Origin: Longimicrobiales bacterium | Lineage (GTDB): Bacteria; Gemmatimonadota; Gemmatimonadetes; Longimicrobiales; RSA9 | Direction of reading: 5' to 3' | Assembly (NCBI GenBank): GCA_035513345.1 | Contig: DATKCF010000045.1 | Location: 1 to 55,643, forward strand | DNA: 55,643 nt | In this document: one piece after another, positions 54,500 to 55,643 of the stretch | Numbering within the stretch: position 1 is the stretch's first letter | Layout of the letters: the number at the start of each line of letters is the position of its first letter | Notes under the pieces: model-generated | What the model saw: only the letters and a program-made list of their open reading frames with translations | Told to the model about the DNA's origin: nothing | Database searches by the model: none | Made by a program: the position numbers and the translations under genes

Positions 54500-54643
54500 A
54501 GCATTGCCAGTCGGTGACGCCCGGCCGAGCCGGACCGTCACCCGAGCCAGCAGTGGCTCCGGGTGATCCGATTGGAACGAAAGGCGGGCCGCGAACTCCC
54601 GAGGCCCGCCTTTCGTTTCGCGGGGGGAGTACGGCGCCGTCTA

Positions 54644-55643
54644 CTACAGGACGGCCGTTGCGGCTTCCGCCGCACGCAGCAGGTCCGCGGCCTCGCGCAG
54701 TCCCCGGCGGCTCGCATGGTCGGCCGCGGTCAGTCCTCCACCGTCCACAGCACGCGCGTCAGCCCCGCCCTCCAGGAACAGCCGAACGATCTCCGCGGCG
54801 TCTTGCTCCTCGTTGGGCAGCCACATGAGCGGCGTCTCGCCACCAGTGTCGGCCGTGCGGGCCAGCGCCGGCTCGGCCGCGAGCAGCGCGCGCAGCCGGT
54901 CGACCGCGCCCGTGAACACCACGTTCCAGATGTCGCGACTGTGCGGAACGAGCAGGTCGATCATTCCACGGTGCTGCGACCACACGGCAAAGTCGAGCGG
55001 CGTGTTGTGCCATTGCGACTCGACCGGATCGATCTCCGCACCACGCTCGATCAGCAGCGCCGCCACTTCCAGCGAGTTGGCCCACGCGGCGTGGTGCAGC
55101 GGCCGCTGCCGGTGCTCGTTCTCGATCTCGATCGACACGCCAAGGTCGAGAAGCAGTGCCACGACAGCGGCGTGATCCTGCTTCACTGCGGCAATCATCG
55201 CTTTCGCTGACTCCCGCAGCTCCGGATGCCGGGCGACGAGTGCGTGCGCACGCTCCGCGTCGCCTTCGAAACACGCCGCCATGAACGCGTTCTCGGGCTC
55301 GATCGCGACTTCCGTACGCGTGGCGCCGCGCTCGAGCAGCAGCGCGGCGATGTTCGACCTGCCCGCGCGAACCGCTGCCTCGTACAGCGAGTGCTTCGGG
55401 GACCGCGTGTCCGATGGCGGCCCTGCGTCCGGGTTCGCACCATGGTTGAGCGCCCACCGCGCGAGCGCGACATTGTCGTGACGGATCGCCATGCCGAGTA
55501 CATAGCGCGCACCGCTGCCATAGCCGCCCATGTCTAGCATCGGCCAGTCGGGGTCGGCCCAGTCGGCGGCACGGCCGAGGCCGAGCGACCGTTCGTGGAT
55601 CCGCTCGAGGAACCACAACGCGTCACCGTGGAAATGGATGTTG
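54644..55643 (-). CDS. Ankyrin-repeat protein (5' end extends beyond window)
   Basis: Multiple ANK repeats (..TPLDFAVWSQHRGMIDLLV.., ..RPLHHAAWANSLEVAALLIERGAEID.., ..SLYEAAVRAGRSNIAALLLERGA..). The ORF is open at the window edge. Confidence 0.8.
   Translation of the reverse strand, partial: NIHFHGDALWFLERIHERSLGLGRAADWADPDWPMLDMGGYGSGARYVLGMAIRHDNVALARWALNHGANPDAGPPSDTRSPKHSLYEAAVRAGRSNIAALLLERGATRTEVAIEPENAFMAACFEGDAERAHALVARHPELRESAKAMIAAVKQDHAAVVALLLDLGVSIEIENEHRQRPLHHAAWANSLEVAALLIERGAEIDPVESQWHNTPLDFAVWSQHRGMIDLLVPHSRDIWNVVFTGAVDRLRALLAAEPALARTADTGGETPLMWLPNEEQDAAEIVRLFLEGGADARAVDGGGLTAADHASRRGLREAADLLRAAEAATAVL

Noticed and set aside
52637-54541. 634-aa ORF on the minus strand
   Set aside because: It is antisense to two plus-strand genes with clear family signatures (DinB-family 52748-53221; DUF2652-like 53423-54499). 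Its translation is Arg/Ala/Pro-rich low complexity typical of GC-driven shadow ORFs.

Overview
This is a high-GC (~68-70%) bacterial chromosomal window with dense coding on both strands. The gene content suggests Gemmatimonadota or Acidobacteriota. The clues are three large duplicated-FtsX (ADOP-type) permeases, two of them with ABC ATPase or PadR partners, plus TonB-dependent-receptor and BNR-propeller secreted proteins. That lineage call is an inference from gene content, not a search result.

Recognisable genes include:
- a decayed class II CPD photolyase
- a DsbA-like oxidoreductase
- an ABC ATPase / FtsX permease / AttH(CrtC-like) operon
- two further MacB/ADOP permeases, one with a PadR partner
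- two GMC oxidoreductases
- a 5'-3' exonuclease, an NhaP-type antiporter, gamma-glutamyltranspeptidase and an HDAC-like protein
- a flotillin/NfeD pair and a KamA-type radical SAM enzyme
- a TonB-dependent receptor / TlpA / DsbD-alpha-like / DUF4342 cluster
- a ~1000-aa BNR/sortilin-like protein and phenylalanine-4-hydroxylase
- MscS and ZIP transporters, an FMO-like oxidoreductase, a PQQ sugar dehydrogenase and an ArsR-SRPBCC regulator
- the nrfH-nrfA nitrite-ammonification pair, a DinB-family protein, a DUF2652 protein and an ankyrin-repeat protein (partial at the 3' edge of the window)

The non-obvious structures, in rough order of interest:
1. A 25-codon tyrosine-rich leader peptide, with a duplicated pairing segment and an intrinsic terminator, lies immediately upstream of phhA. 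This looks like a classical ribosome-mediated attenuator sensing Tyr.
2. A leaderless, operator-bearing XRE-HTH gene is translationally coupled to a 336-aa protein with no recognisable family.
3. A secreted alpha/beta-hydrolase has its signal peptide cut off from the mature domain by an in-frame TGA.
4. A frameshifted four-helix-bundle (rRNA-IVS-type) gene is flanked by inverted arrays of a 14-nt tandem repeat.
5. An adjacent lipoprotein is built from two ~280-aa tandem domain copies.
6. Tandem MITE-like elements with 24-bp terminal inverted repeats sit in a divergent promoter.
7. Minisatellite and 30-bp direct repeats lie upstream of nrfHA.

Many long antisense ORFs in the six-frame track are GC-driven artefacts and were not called.
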